DNA from: Burkholderiales bacterium
GTDB lineage: Bacteria > Pseudomonadota > Gammaproteobacteria > Burkholderiales > Burkholderiaceae_C
Assembly (NCBI GenBank): GCA_011391855.1
Contig: JAABPT010000113.1
Location: forward strand, 1-44,546
DNA length: 44,546 nt
Direction of reading: 5' to 3'
This document shows, piece after piece, positions 26,035 to 34,461 of this stretch. The notes under the pieces are model-generated. The model did no database searches, had not been told where the DNA came from, and was given only the letters and a program-made list of their open reading frames with translations. The number at the start of each line of letters is the position of its first letter. Position 1 is the stretch's first letter. The translations under genes were made by a program, and so were the position numbers.

Positions 26035-27129
26035 ATGCGCATCACCTTGCTCGGCGCCGGCCACATCGGCCAGACCATCGCCCGGCTGCTGGGCCACAGC
26101 GGCGACTTCGACGTGACCGTGGTCGACCGCAGCGCCGCCGCGCTGGCCAAGCTGGCCGGCGAACCCGTGCGGACGCGCCAGGCCGAAACCGCCGACGCCG
26201 CCGAATTGCTCAAGGTGCTGCGCGGCCAGGACGCCGTGCTCAACGCCTTGCCCTACCACCTGGCCACGCTGGCCGCCACGCAGGCGCGCGAGGCGGGCTG
26301 CCACTATTTCGACCTCACCGAGGACGTGGCCGCCACGCGCGCCATCAAAGCACTGGCCGAGGGCGCGGGCACGGTCTTCATGCCGCAATGTGGCCTGGCA
26401 CCGGGATTCATCGGCATCGTCGCGCACCACCTGGCGCAGGGCTTCGACAGCCTGCAGGAAGTGAAGATGCGCGTCGGCGCGCTGCCGGCCTTCCCCACCA
26501 ATTCGCTCAAATACAACCTGACCTGGAGCGTGGACGGCCTCATCAACGAGTACTGCCACCCCTGCGAGGCCATCCGCGGCGGCCGCAATATCGAGGTGCT
26601 GCCGCTGGAAGGCATGGAGCACTTCAGCCTGGACGGCACCGAATACGAGGCCTTCAACACCAGCGGTGGCCTGGGCACGCTGTGCGAAACGCTGGCCGGC
26701 CGCGTGCAGACGCTGGACTACAAGAGCGTGCGCTACCCCGGCCACCGCGACCTGATGAAGATGCTGCTGGAAGAGCTGCAACTCAACCAGGACACCGAGA
26801 CGCTGAAGGAGATCATGCGCAAGAGCATCCCCAGCACCATGCAGGACGTGGTGCTGGTCTTCGTCACGGTCAGCGGCATGCGTGATGGCTCGCTGGTGCA
26901 GGAGGTCTTCGCGCGCAAGATCTTCGCCGACCGCAGCGAGAACCACCCGCTGTCGGCGATCCAGATCACCACCGCCGCCGGCATCTGCGCCGCGCTGGAC
27001 CTGTTCCGCGAAGGCAAGCTGCCGCAGCGCGGCTTCGTGCGCCAGGAGCAGGTGGCGTTGCCCGACTTCCTGGCCAACCGCTTCGGCAGCGCCTACCAGC
27101 AAAGCCGGCAGGTGGAAAGCATCGGCTGA
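26035..27129 (+). CDS. Saccharopine dehydrogenase family / lysine 6-dehydrogenase-like oxidoreductase
   Basis: GAGHIG Rossmann motif, NALPY, HYFDLTED, QCGLAPG, YNLTWS, RYPGH; GGGAG RBS. Confidence 0.92.
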   Translation: MRITLLGAGHIGQTIARLLGHSGDFDVTVVDRSAAALAKLAGEPVRTRQAETADAAELLKVLRGQDAVLNALPYHLATLAATQAREAGCHYFDLTEDVAATRAIKALAEGAGTVFMPQCGLAPGFIGIVAHHLAQGFDSLQEVKMRVGALPAFPTNSLKYNLTWSVDGLINEYCHPCEAIRGGRNIEVLPLEGMEHFSLDGTEYEAFNTSGGLGTLCETLAGRVQTLDYKSVRYPGHRDLMKMLLEELQLNQDTETLKEIMRKSIPSTMQDVVLVFVTVSGMRDGSLVQEVFARKIFADRSENHPLSAIQITTAAGICAALDLFREGKLPQRGFVRQEQVALPDFLANRFGSAYQQSRQVESIG

Positions 27130-27208
27130 CGGCAGCGCCGCCACGCCGCCGCTGCTGCTGCGGCCCTGCGCCGACGCAGGTTGCGGGCGGCCGGCACAAT
27201 CCCGGCGC

Positions 27209-27892
27209 ATGCCGATCCTGCAACAAATCAATTTCCAGGCCGCCATCGTCGACCTCGACGGCACCATGGTCGACACCGTGGGCGACTTCGAGGTGGCGCT
27301 GCGGCTGGCGCTGGCCGACCTGGGCTGGCCGCCGGTGGGCCGTGACTTCATCTCGCGCACGGTGGGCAAGGGCAGCGAATATCTGCTCACGCGCACGCTG
27401 GAACAGGTGGGCGCGCCGGCCGATCTGTACGAGCAGGCCTGGGCGCGCTACCAGCACCACTACCTGGCCATCAACGGCCAGTTCTCGGCCGTCTTCCCCG
27501 GCGTGGTGGAAGGCCTGAAAGTGCTGCGCGCGCGCGGCCTGCGGCTGGCCTGCCTGACCAACAAGCCCAACGCCTTCGCGCGCCCGCTGCTGGCGCTGAA
27601 GGGGCTGGACGTCTATTTCGAGCATGCCTTCGGCGGTGACGCCTTCGCGCGCAAGAAGCCCGACCCGCTGCCGCTGCTGCAGGCCTGCAAGGCGCTGGGC
27701 AGCGAGCCGGCGCGCACGCTGATGGTGGGCGATTCGCGCAACGACGCCGAGGCCGCACGCGCCGCCGGCTGCCCGGTGGTGCTGGTGAGCTACGGCTACA
27801 ACCATGGCGAGCCGGCGGCCAGCGCCCGGCCCGACGCAGTGATCGACCGCATCGACCAGCTCGCGGACCTGTTGGCGGTGTCGCTCGGTTAG
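27209..27892 (+). CDS. gph: Phosphoglycolate phosphatase (HAD)
   Basis: DLDGTMVD, LTNKP, KKPDP, MVGDS, YGYNHG; located upstream of trpE. Confidence 0.92.
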   Translation: MPILQQINFQAAIVDLDGTMVDTVGDFEVALRLALADLGWPPVGRDFISRTVGKGSEYLLTRTLEQVGAPADLYEQAWARYQHHYLAINGQFSAVFPGVVEGLKVLRARGLRLACLTNKPNAFARPLLALKGLDVYFEHAFGGDAFARKKPDPLPLLQACKALGSEPARTLMVGDSRNDAEAARAAGCPVVLVSYGYNHGEPAASARPDAVIDRIDQLADLLAVSLG

Positions 27893-27904
27893 ACTGCCGC
27901 CGCC

Positions 27905-28000
27905 ATGTGCATGGTCCACGCCACCCCCACACGCCCCACGGCAGGTTCCCGCGACCGGGGAGCCTGGCCCTGGCGCCGCTCGACGCTTTCCTTCGCCTGA
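27905..28000 (+). other. Putative trp leader peptide (31 aa, W-P-W)
   Basis: MCMVHATPTRPTAGSRDRGAWPWRRSTLSFA*; Trp codons at 27965 and 27971; TAGACT -10-like hexamer at 27890-27895; hairpins lie between it and trpE. Confidence 0.6.
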
Positions 28001-28112
28001 CCCCTGCGCCTGACCGGCAGCGGTCGGGCTCCAGCGGGTGCGGCCGATCTGGCCCGCGCCCACCGTCGAACGTGACGCGGCCCCGCAGCCCGGGGCTGCA
28101 GAGGGCACCCCA

Positions 28113-29591
28113 GTGATCACCGAACTCGAATTCCAGAGCCTGGCCGCTTCGGGCTACAACCGCATCCCGCTCATTGCCGAGGCCTTCGCCGACCTCGAGA
28201 CACCGCTGTCGCTGTACCTGAAGCTGGCCGGCGGCAGCAGCCACAGCTTCCTGCTCGAATCGGTGGTGGGCGGCGAGCGCTTCGGCCGCTACTCCTTCAT
28301 CGGCCTGCCGGCGCGCACGCTGCTGCGCGCCACCGGAAATGCCAGCGAGATCGTCACCGACGGCCAGGTGGTCGAACGTGTGGAAGGCAACCCGCTCGAC
28401 TTCATCGCGGCCTACCAGGCGCGCTTCAAGGTCGCGCTGCGGCCCGGCCTGCCGCGTTTCTGCGGCGGTCTGGCGGGCTATTTCGGCTACGAGACGGTGC
28501 GCCATATCGAACCCCGGCTGGCTGGCGCGAAGAAACCCGGCGGCATCGGCACACCCGACATCCAGCTGCTGCAGACCGAGGAGCTGGCGGTCATCGACAA
28601 CCTCTCGGGGCGGCTGTACCTCATCGTCTACGCCGACCCGGGCCAGCCCGAGGCTTACCACCGTGGCAAGCGGCGCCTGGCCGAACTCACCGACAAGCTG
28701 CGCTACAGCGTGAGTGCACCCCAGGTGCGGCGCGGCCCGGGCTATGCGGTGGAACGCGAGATGACGCGCGCCGAATTCGAAACCGCCGTGCTGCGCGCCA
28801 AGGAATACATCGCCGCCGGCGACTGCATGCAGGTGGTGCTGGGGCAGCGGCTGAGGAAGCGCTATACGGAAAGCCCGCTGTCGCTGTACCGCGCGCTGCG
28901 GTCGCTGAACCCCAGCCCGTACATGTATTACTACGACATGGGGGTTTTTCAGATCGTGGGCGCCAGCCCCGAGATCCTGGTGCGCCAGGAGCGCACCCCC
29001 GACGGCGGCCAGACCGTGGCGCTGCGCCCGATCGCCGGCACGCGCCCGCGCGGCGCCACGCCCGACCAGGACAAGCAGCTCGAAGCCGAACTGCTGGCCG
29101 ACCCCAAGGAGCGCGCCGAGCACGTGATGCTGATCGACCTGGCGCGCAACGATATCGGCCGCATCGCCGAGACCGGCAGCGTGAAGGTCACCGAGGCCTT
29201 CGGCATCGAGCGCTATTCGCACGTGATGCATATCGTGAGCAACGTGGAAGGGCGGCTCAAGCCGGGCTTGAGCGCGCTGGACGTGCTGCGCGCCAGCTTC
29301 CCGGCCGGCACGCTGAGCGGCGCGCCCAAGATCCGCGCCATGGAGATCATCGACGAGCTCGAACCCACCGAGCGCGGCATCTACGGCGGCGCCTGCGGCT
29401 ACCTCAGTTTTGCCGGCGACATGGACGTGGCCATTGCCATCCGCACCGGCGTCGTCAAGGACCAGACGCTGTACGTGCAGGCCGGCGCCGGCATCGTGGC
29501 CGACTCCGACCCGGGTGCGGAATGGCAGGAAACCGAGGCCAAGAACCGCGCCGTGCTGCGCGCGGCGGAACTGGTGGAAGAAGGGTTCTGA
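28113..29591 (+). CDS. trpE: Anthranilate synthase component I
   Basis: GTG start MITELEF; DLETP, FLLESV, NPSPYMYY, PIAGTRPRG, AEHVMLIDLARND, GAPKIRAMEII. Confidence 0.96.
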   Translation: MITELEFQSLAASGYNRIPLIAEAFADLETPLSLYLKLAGGSSHSFLLESVVGGERFGRYSFIGLPARTLLRATGNASEIVTDGQVVERVEGNPLDFIAAYQARFKVALRPGLPRFCGGLAGYFGYETVRHIEPRLAGAKKPGGIGTPDIQLLQTEELAVIDNLSGRLYLIVYADPGQPEAYHRGKRRLAELTDKLRYSVSAPQVRRGPGYAVEREMTRAEFETAVLRAKEYIAAGDCMQVVLGQRLRKRYTESPLSLYRALRSLNPSPYMYYYDMGVFQIVGASPEILVRQERTPDGGQTVALRPIAGTRPRGATPDQDKQLEAELLADPKERAEHVMLIDLARNDIGRIAETGSVKVTEAFGIERYSHVMHIVSNVEGRLKPGLSALDVLRASFPAGTLSGAPKIRAMEIIDELEPTERGIYGGACGYLSFAGDMDVAIAIRTGVVKDQTLYVQAGAGIVADSDPGAEWQETEAKNRAVLRAAELVEEGF

Positions 29592-29715
29592 ACGCGCCGC
29601 GGTCGGGCGTGTTTCGCGGGCGTGTTTCTTGGGCGCTGCCGGACCAGAGCCTGCGCGGTAGGATGATGCGTTTTCTGTGTGCAGTCCGGCCTCGATAGTC
29701 TCCAGTGGAGCGTCC

Positions 29716-31032
29716 ATGACGAAACCTCAAGCCGCCCCAGGGCGTCCCGACCGCGGCCATCGCGGTCGCAACTTGACCTTCGCGCTGAGCCTGTTGGCGG
29801 CCGTGTGCACGTCACCCGTGGGTGCACAGGCGCCTGCCGCCCCCGTGGCCGTTGCCGCCGCGCCGGCGGCGGAAGAACTCGAAACCCTGGTCGGCCGCAT
29901 CGCGCTGTACCCGGACGACCTGATCGGCATCATCCTGCCTTCGTCGACGAATCCGCTGCAGATCGTGCAGGCCGATCGTTACCTGCAGAAGCGCAAGGCC
30001 GACCCCAAGGCGCCCATCGACGAGAAGTGGGACGACGCCGTCAAGTCGCTGCTCAACTACCCCGACGTCGTGAAGATGATGAGCGACGACCTGGACTGGA
30101 CCAGCGCGCTGGGCGAGGCCGTGGTGGCCGATTCGGGCGCCGTGCTGGAAGCCGTGCAGGCCTTCCGCCGCAAGACGCAGGCCGCGGGCAACCTGAAGAC
30201 CGACGACAAACAGGTCGTGCAGGTGGAGAAGGAAGTCATCACCATCGTGCAGGCCAATCCCGAGGTGATCTACGTACCGCAGTACAACCCGACGACCGTG
30301 GTCACCGTGGGTTATGCGGGCTGGGGCTACTACCCGACACCCTACCCCGTCTACTACTACCCCTACCCGCCGGGCGCCGCCTTCGCCACCGGGCTGATCT
30401 GGGGCGCGGCCATCGGCGCGGCCTGGAACGGCGGCCACTACGCCACGCATTACGGCGGCAACAGCAATATCAATATCAACCGCAATACCAATATCAACAC
30501 CGGCGACATCAACATCGGCAGCGGCAATCGCGGTGACAGGCCCAGCCAGGGCGGTGGCGGCTCCAATCAGTGGAAGTCGAACAAGCAGCCCGGGCAGGTA
30601 AGCAGTTCCGTGGGCAAGACGCACGCGTCAGCGCGGCCCGGCGACTCACGACCGGGCGGCGGCGCACAGGCCGGCGGCGCAGGCGCGCGGCCGTCGACGC
30701 CGATGGCTGGCGGCGGTGGAGCGCAGCGGCCGTCAACCCAGCCCGCTGGCGGCGGAGCGACGCGCCCATCCACACAGCCGTCGGGCATCGGGGGCGGCGG
30801 TGACAGGGCGGGTGGTGCCAGCGCCGCCAACCGGGCCAGCCCGTCGGGCGGCGGCGCCTTCGGCGGCTATGACTCGGGCCGCCAGACGGGCATGGACAGT
30901 TCGCGCGGCGCTTCCAGCCGCAATTCGATGTCTGGCGGCGGCGCCAGCCGGCCTTCGCCCAGCGCAGGGGCGCGCAGCAGCGGTGGCGGTGCACGCGCCG
31001 GCGGTGGCGGTGGCGGCGGACGCCGGCGCTGA
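29716..31032 (+). CDS. DUF3300-domain exported protein with Gly/Ser-rich tail
   Basis: LVGRIALYPDDL, WDDAVKSL, DWTSALGEA, VIYVPQYNP; NININ segment. Confidence 0.88.
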   Translation: MTKPQAAPGRPDRGHRGRNLTFALSLLAAVCTSPVGAQAPAAPVAVAAAPAAEELETLVGRIALYPDDLIGIILPSSTNPLQIVQADRYLQKRKADPKAPIDEKWDDAVKSLLNYPDVVKMMSDDLDWTSALGEAVVADSGAVLEAVQAFRRKTQAAGNLKTDDKQVVQVEKEVITIVQANPEVIYVPQYNPTTVVTVGYAGWGYYPTPYPVYYYPYPPGAAFATGLIWGAAIGAAWNGGHYATHYGGNSNININRNTNINTGDINIGSGNRGDRPSQGGGGSNQWKSNKQPGQVSSSVGKTHASARPGDSRPGGGAQAGGAGARPSTPMAGGGGAQRPSTQPAGGGATRPSTQPSGIGGGGDRAGGASAANRASPSGGGAFGGYDSGRQTGMDSSRGASSRNSMSGGGASRPSPSAGARSSGGGARAGGGGGGGRRR

Positions 31033-31048
31033 CAGGGGGAGATTCAAC

Positions 31049-32023
31049 ATGACCCCAACCCCTTCCATCGCATCCAAGGCACAGCCCATGAACACGTTCC
31101 GCCACTGGCCCTCGTCCCTGCGCCGATTCGCGCTGCTTCTTGCTCTGACGCTGGCCGTCCCCTTTGCCGCACTCGCCGCCGCACAGCAGACCTATGCCAC
31201 GCCCGAGGCAGCGGCCGACGCGCTGATGGTCGCTCTAAAGGCCGACAGCGACCCAGCCATGGTCGCCATCTTCGGCGAGGAGCATCGCAACCTCGTCACG
31301 CAGTCCGACCGCGCAGCTTCCAGCGCCACGCGGGCGAAGATCCTTGCGGCGATGCAGACCTTGCGCGTGTTTCGGGAGCCCAGCCCCGACCGCCGCGTGC
31401 TGGTGATCGGCGACAAGGCCTGGCCGGTGCCCATTCCCCTGGTGCGCACGGGCGACCGCTGGCGCTTCGCCAGCGAGGAAGGCGAGGACGAGCTCATCAA
31501 CCGCATCGTCGGCGGCAACGAGCGCAACGCCATCTACGTGCTGCGTGCCTATGTCGACGCGCAGCGGGTCTATGCCTCGCGCGACCGCAACGGCGACGGC
31601 GTGCGCGAATACGCGCAGAAGCTGCGCAGCACTCCCACCCGGCAGGACGGGTTGCATTGGAAAGCCGACGCGGCCAAGGGCGAGGAGCTTAGCCCGTTCG
31701 GCCCGCTGGTGGCTGAAAGCGCTGCTTACTTCCAGGGCCACGAGGCGGGCGACCCCTACCGTGGCTACCGCTTCAAGATCCTGACGCGCCAGGGCCAAAG
31801 CGCCCCGGGCGGCGCCTACAGCTACCTTATCAATGGCCGCATGATCGCCGGCTTCGCGATGGTGGCCTACCCCGCCGACTACGGCCGCAGCGGCGTGATG
31901 AGCTTCATCGTCAACCACAACGGCAAGGTCTACGAGAAGGACCTGGGACCGAACAGCGCCAAGACCGGCGCCGCGCTGACGAGCTTCAACCCAAGCGCCG
32001 GCTGGAAGGAAGTGGCGCCCTGA
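31049..32023 (+). CDS. DUF2950-family protein
   Basis: YATPEAAADAL, WPVPIPLV, RIVGGNERNAI, PYRGYRFKIL, GVMSFIVNHNG. Start at 31049 or 31088. Confidence 0.9.
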   Translation: MTPTPSIASKAQPMNTFRHWPSSLRRFALLLALTLAVPFAALAAAQQTYATPEAAADALMVALKADSDPAMVAIFGEEHRNLVTQSDRAASSATRAKILAAMQTLRVFREPSPDRRVLVIGDKAWPVPIPLVRTGDRWRFASEEGEDELINRIVGGNERNAIYVLRAYVDAQRVYASRDRNGDGVREYAQKLRSTPTRQDGLHWKADAAKGEELSPFGPLVAESAAYFQGHEAGDPYRGYRFKILTRQGQSAPGGAYSYLINGRMIAGFAMVAYPADYGRSGVMSFIVNHNGKVYEKDLGPNSAKTGAALTSFNPSAGWKEVAP

Positions 32024-32029
32024 AAACGG

Positions 32030-32060
32030 CCGTGGCCGCCGGCAAAGGCCGCGGCCACGG
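32030..32060. terminator. GC hairpin between convergent genes
   Basis: CCGTGGCCGC / GCGGCCACGG 10-bp inverted repeat; no clear U-tract. Confidence 0.45.
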
Positions 32061-32107
32061 TGTCATATCCATCCCCCCGCCCCTGCGGGGCCCAGGGGTG
32101 AAGCTGA

Positions 32108-32716
32108 TTACTTCTTGGCCGGCGCAGCGGTCTCGACCGACAGCGCCATTGCTTCGGTGTAGGTAGCCTGGATCTGGTCGCCCACCTTCACCAGCGCGAA
32201 CTGCTTGGGATCGGGCACCTTCAGCTTGACGGTCTGCTTCGGGCCCTTGAGCGTGAGCGTCTGGGTCTTGGCATCCGCTGCAATGACGTCGGCCGTGACC
32301 TCGACCTGGCGGCCCACGATGCCCGCGGGCTTGTCGCCGGCGGCCGAGCGGGCGGCATCGGTCTTCTCGACATTGCTGCGCAGTTCCTTGCCGTCCTTCT
32401 TCAGCGTCAGCGTCAGCGCTTCCATGTAGCGCGCCACCACCATGTCACCGACCTTGATCTGGTCGAAGTTGCGCACGTCAGGACCCGCCGTCACCGTCTG
32501 CACATTGCCCTCGGGGCCCTTCAGCGTGAGCTGGCGCTGCGCCTTGTCGATGCTCTCGACACGGGCCGAGATCATCACCTCGGTCACGATGGTGCCCGTG
32601 CCGGGAGCCGATGCGGCCATGGTGGCGGCCGTGGCGGCGGGCTTCTGCTGTGCCAGGGCCGGCAGGCAGGCGGCGCCGAGCAGCGCCGCGCCGAGGATCA
32701 GGTTTGTCTTGTTCAT
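32108..32716 (-). CDS. Exported protein with two tandem OB-fold-like repeats
   Basis: Signal peptide; repeated LTLKGP...KVGD. Confidence 0.8.
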   Translation of the reverse strand: MNKTNLILGAALLGAACLPALAQQKPAATAATMAASAPGTGTIVTEVMISARVESIDKAQRQLTLKGPEGNVQTVTAGPDVRNFDQIKVGDMVVARYMEALTLTLKKDGKELRSNVEKTDAARSAAGDKPAGIVGRQVEVTADVIAADAKTQTLTLKGPKQTVKLKVPDPKQFALVKVGDQIQATYTEAMALSVETAAPAKK

Positions 32717-32972
32717 GCAGTTCTCGATGGGGGGGGGTGAATGGGCGACCGTTGGGTCGCCGAGAGTGCAGACCGCCCGTACTGCCGACGGCCTGCACGC
32801 TGAACCGGCAGGTGGGCAATGCGAAAGGCCTGGTGAAGGGAACGCGCAGCGCTTCGGGCACGTTGACCCCGGTTTGGCGCAGCGGCGCAAATTGTCGCAT
32901 CATCGATCGGGGCAGCGTTGCCACTGCCACTCGGCATTCCGCACTCGCCACCCGGCACATGGAGCGCGCATC

Positions 32973-33656
32973 ATGAACGTCATTCGACGACTGGGTTTGT
33001 TCACCCTGCTGGCATCGGCGCTCGTTGCGTCGGGCGCCTTCGCAGCCAAGCCGTCCGAGATCGACGAGGCCATGAGCCACGACGGGCTGCAGAAGGTCAC
33101 GGTCAAGGGCATCCAGTTCGCCTACGCGCGGCCCGGTGCCACGCTGGCCGACTACACCCGCGTGCAGATCGAACCGGTGCAGGTCGCCTTCCACAAGCAG
33201 TGGGACCCCACCCGCACCGGCAGCCGGATCAAGCTCGGCAAGGAAGAACGCGAGAACATCCGCAGCGGCGTCGCAGCGGCCGTGCAGGAAGAGTTCGTGG
33301 GTGAGCTGCAGAACAAGAGCAGCTACAAGGTGGTGAGCGAATCCGGCCCCGACGTGCTGCGCGTACGGGTGAATATCGTCGACCTCTACGTCAACGCGCC
33401 AGACACACAGAGCCGGGGCATGTCGCGCACCTATACGGTATCGGCCGGCCAGATGACGCTCTTCGCCGAATTGTTCGACTCCGAGTCCGGCCAGTTGCTG
33501 GCGCGCGTGATCGACAAGCGCGAAGCGCGCGACAACCAGATGTACCAGCTGTCCAACAGCGTGGTCAACCGCGGCGAAGTGCAGGACATCGCGTCGTCCT
33601 GGGCGCGCATCCTGCGCACCGCGCTGGACAACGCCCACGGCATCGGCAAGAAGTAA
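32973..33656 (+). CDS. DUF3313-like exported protein
   Basis: Signal peptide; DGLQKV, GPDVLRVRVNIVDL, ELFDSESGQLLARVID; GGAG RBS. Confidence 0.75.
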   Translation: MNVIRRLGLFTLLASALVASGAFAAKPSEIDEAMSHDGLQKVTVKGIQFAYARPGATLADYTRVQIEPVQVAFHKQWDPTRTGSRIKLGKEERENIRSGVAAAVQEEFVGELQNKSSYKVVSESGPDVLRVRVNIVDLYVNAPDTQSRGMSRTYTVSAGQMTLFAELFDSESGQLLARVIDKREARDNQMYQLSNSVVNRGEVQDIASSWARILRTALDNAHGIGKK

Positions 33657-33672
33657 CCGCAGCAGCCGCTCT

Positions 33673-34443
33673 TCAGCCGTAGACGTTGCGCAGCGTGCCC
33701 AGGCCTTCGATCACCACTTCCACCGTGGTGCCGGGCTTCATGGGCAGCACGCCCAGCGAGGTGCCGCACAGGATCAGGTCGCCGGGCTCCAGCGTCATGT
33801 CCTGCGACAGCCGCCACACCAGATCGGCCGGCGCGAAGAACATGTCGGCCAGCGCGTAGCTCTGGCGTTCGCGCCCCGCCACCAGGGTGCGCAGCGTGGC
33901 GCCGGCGGGGTCGAAAGCGGTGTCGATCCAGGGGCCGAAGGCGGCGAAGCCGTCGAAGCTCTTGGCACGTGTCCACTGCGGGAAGCTGGCGTCGCGGTGC
34001 AGCAGTTCGATGGCGGTCACGTCGTTGGCGCAGGTGCAGCCGAAGATGCAGCCGGCCGCTTCCTCGCGCGCCACGCGGCGCGCCGTGCGGCCGATGACGA
34101 TGCCCAGTTCACCTTCGTAGGCCACCCGTCCCACCTCGGGCGGCGGCGCTGGAATCGCCTGCTCGTGCGCCGCGGCGCTGCCGGGCGACTTCAGGAAATA
34201 CAGCGGCTCGGCCGGATGCGCCCAGCCGTTCTTGTCGGCCGCGGCGCGGAAGTTGTTCCACAGGCCGACGATCTTGCCCGGACGGCAGGGCGGTGCGTAG
34301 GCCAGGCCGACAAGCGGCAGTTGCTCGCCGGTGGGTTGGGGCTGATCGAACGGGTCGCCCTCGAAGACCTGCACGGTGTCGCCCTCGATCCGGCCCAGGG
34401 TAGCCCCGGGCCGGCCGGGGTGGGTGAAACGCATCCAGCGCAT
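33673..34443 (-). CDS. Fumarylacetoacetate hydrolase-family protein, last gene of the glc operon
   Basis: YEGELGIVIG, NDVTA, RAKSFDGF, PGDLILCGT; AAGGAGG RBS; 18-bp gap after glcF. Confidence 0.9.
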   Translation of the reverse strand: MRWMRFTHPGRPGATLGRIEGDTVQVFEGDPFDQPQPTGEQLPLVGLAYAPPCRPGKIVGLWNNFRAAADKNGWAHPAEPLYFLKSPGSAAAHEQAIPAPPPEVGRVAYEGELGIVIGRTARRVAREEAAGCIFGCTCANDVTAIELLHRDASFPQWTRAKSFDGFAAFGPWIDTAFDPAGATLRTLVAGRERQSYALADMFFAPADLVWRLSQDMTLEPGDLILCGTSLGVLPMKPGTTVEVVIEGLGTLRNVYG

Positions 34444-34461
34444 GGTGCGCCTCCTTAAAAT

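Noticed and set aside
32880-32900. GCGGCGCAAATTGTCGC as a RegA/PrrA-type box
   Set aside because: The half-site spacing does not fit the consensus well and there is no supporting context.
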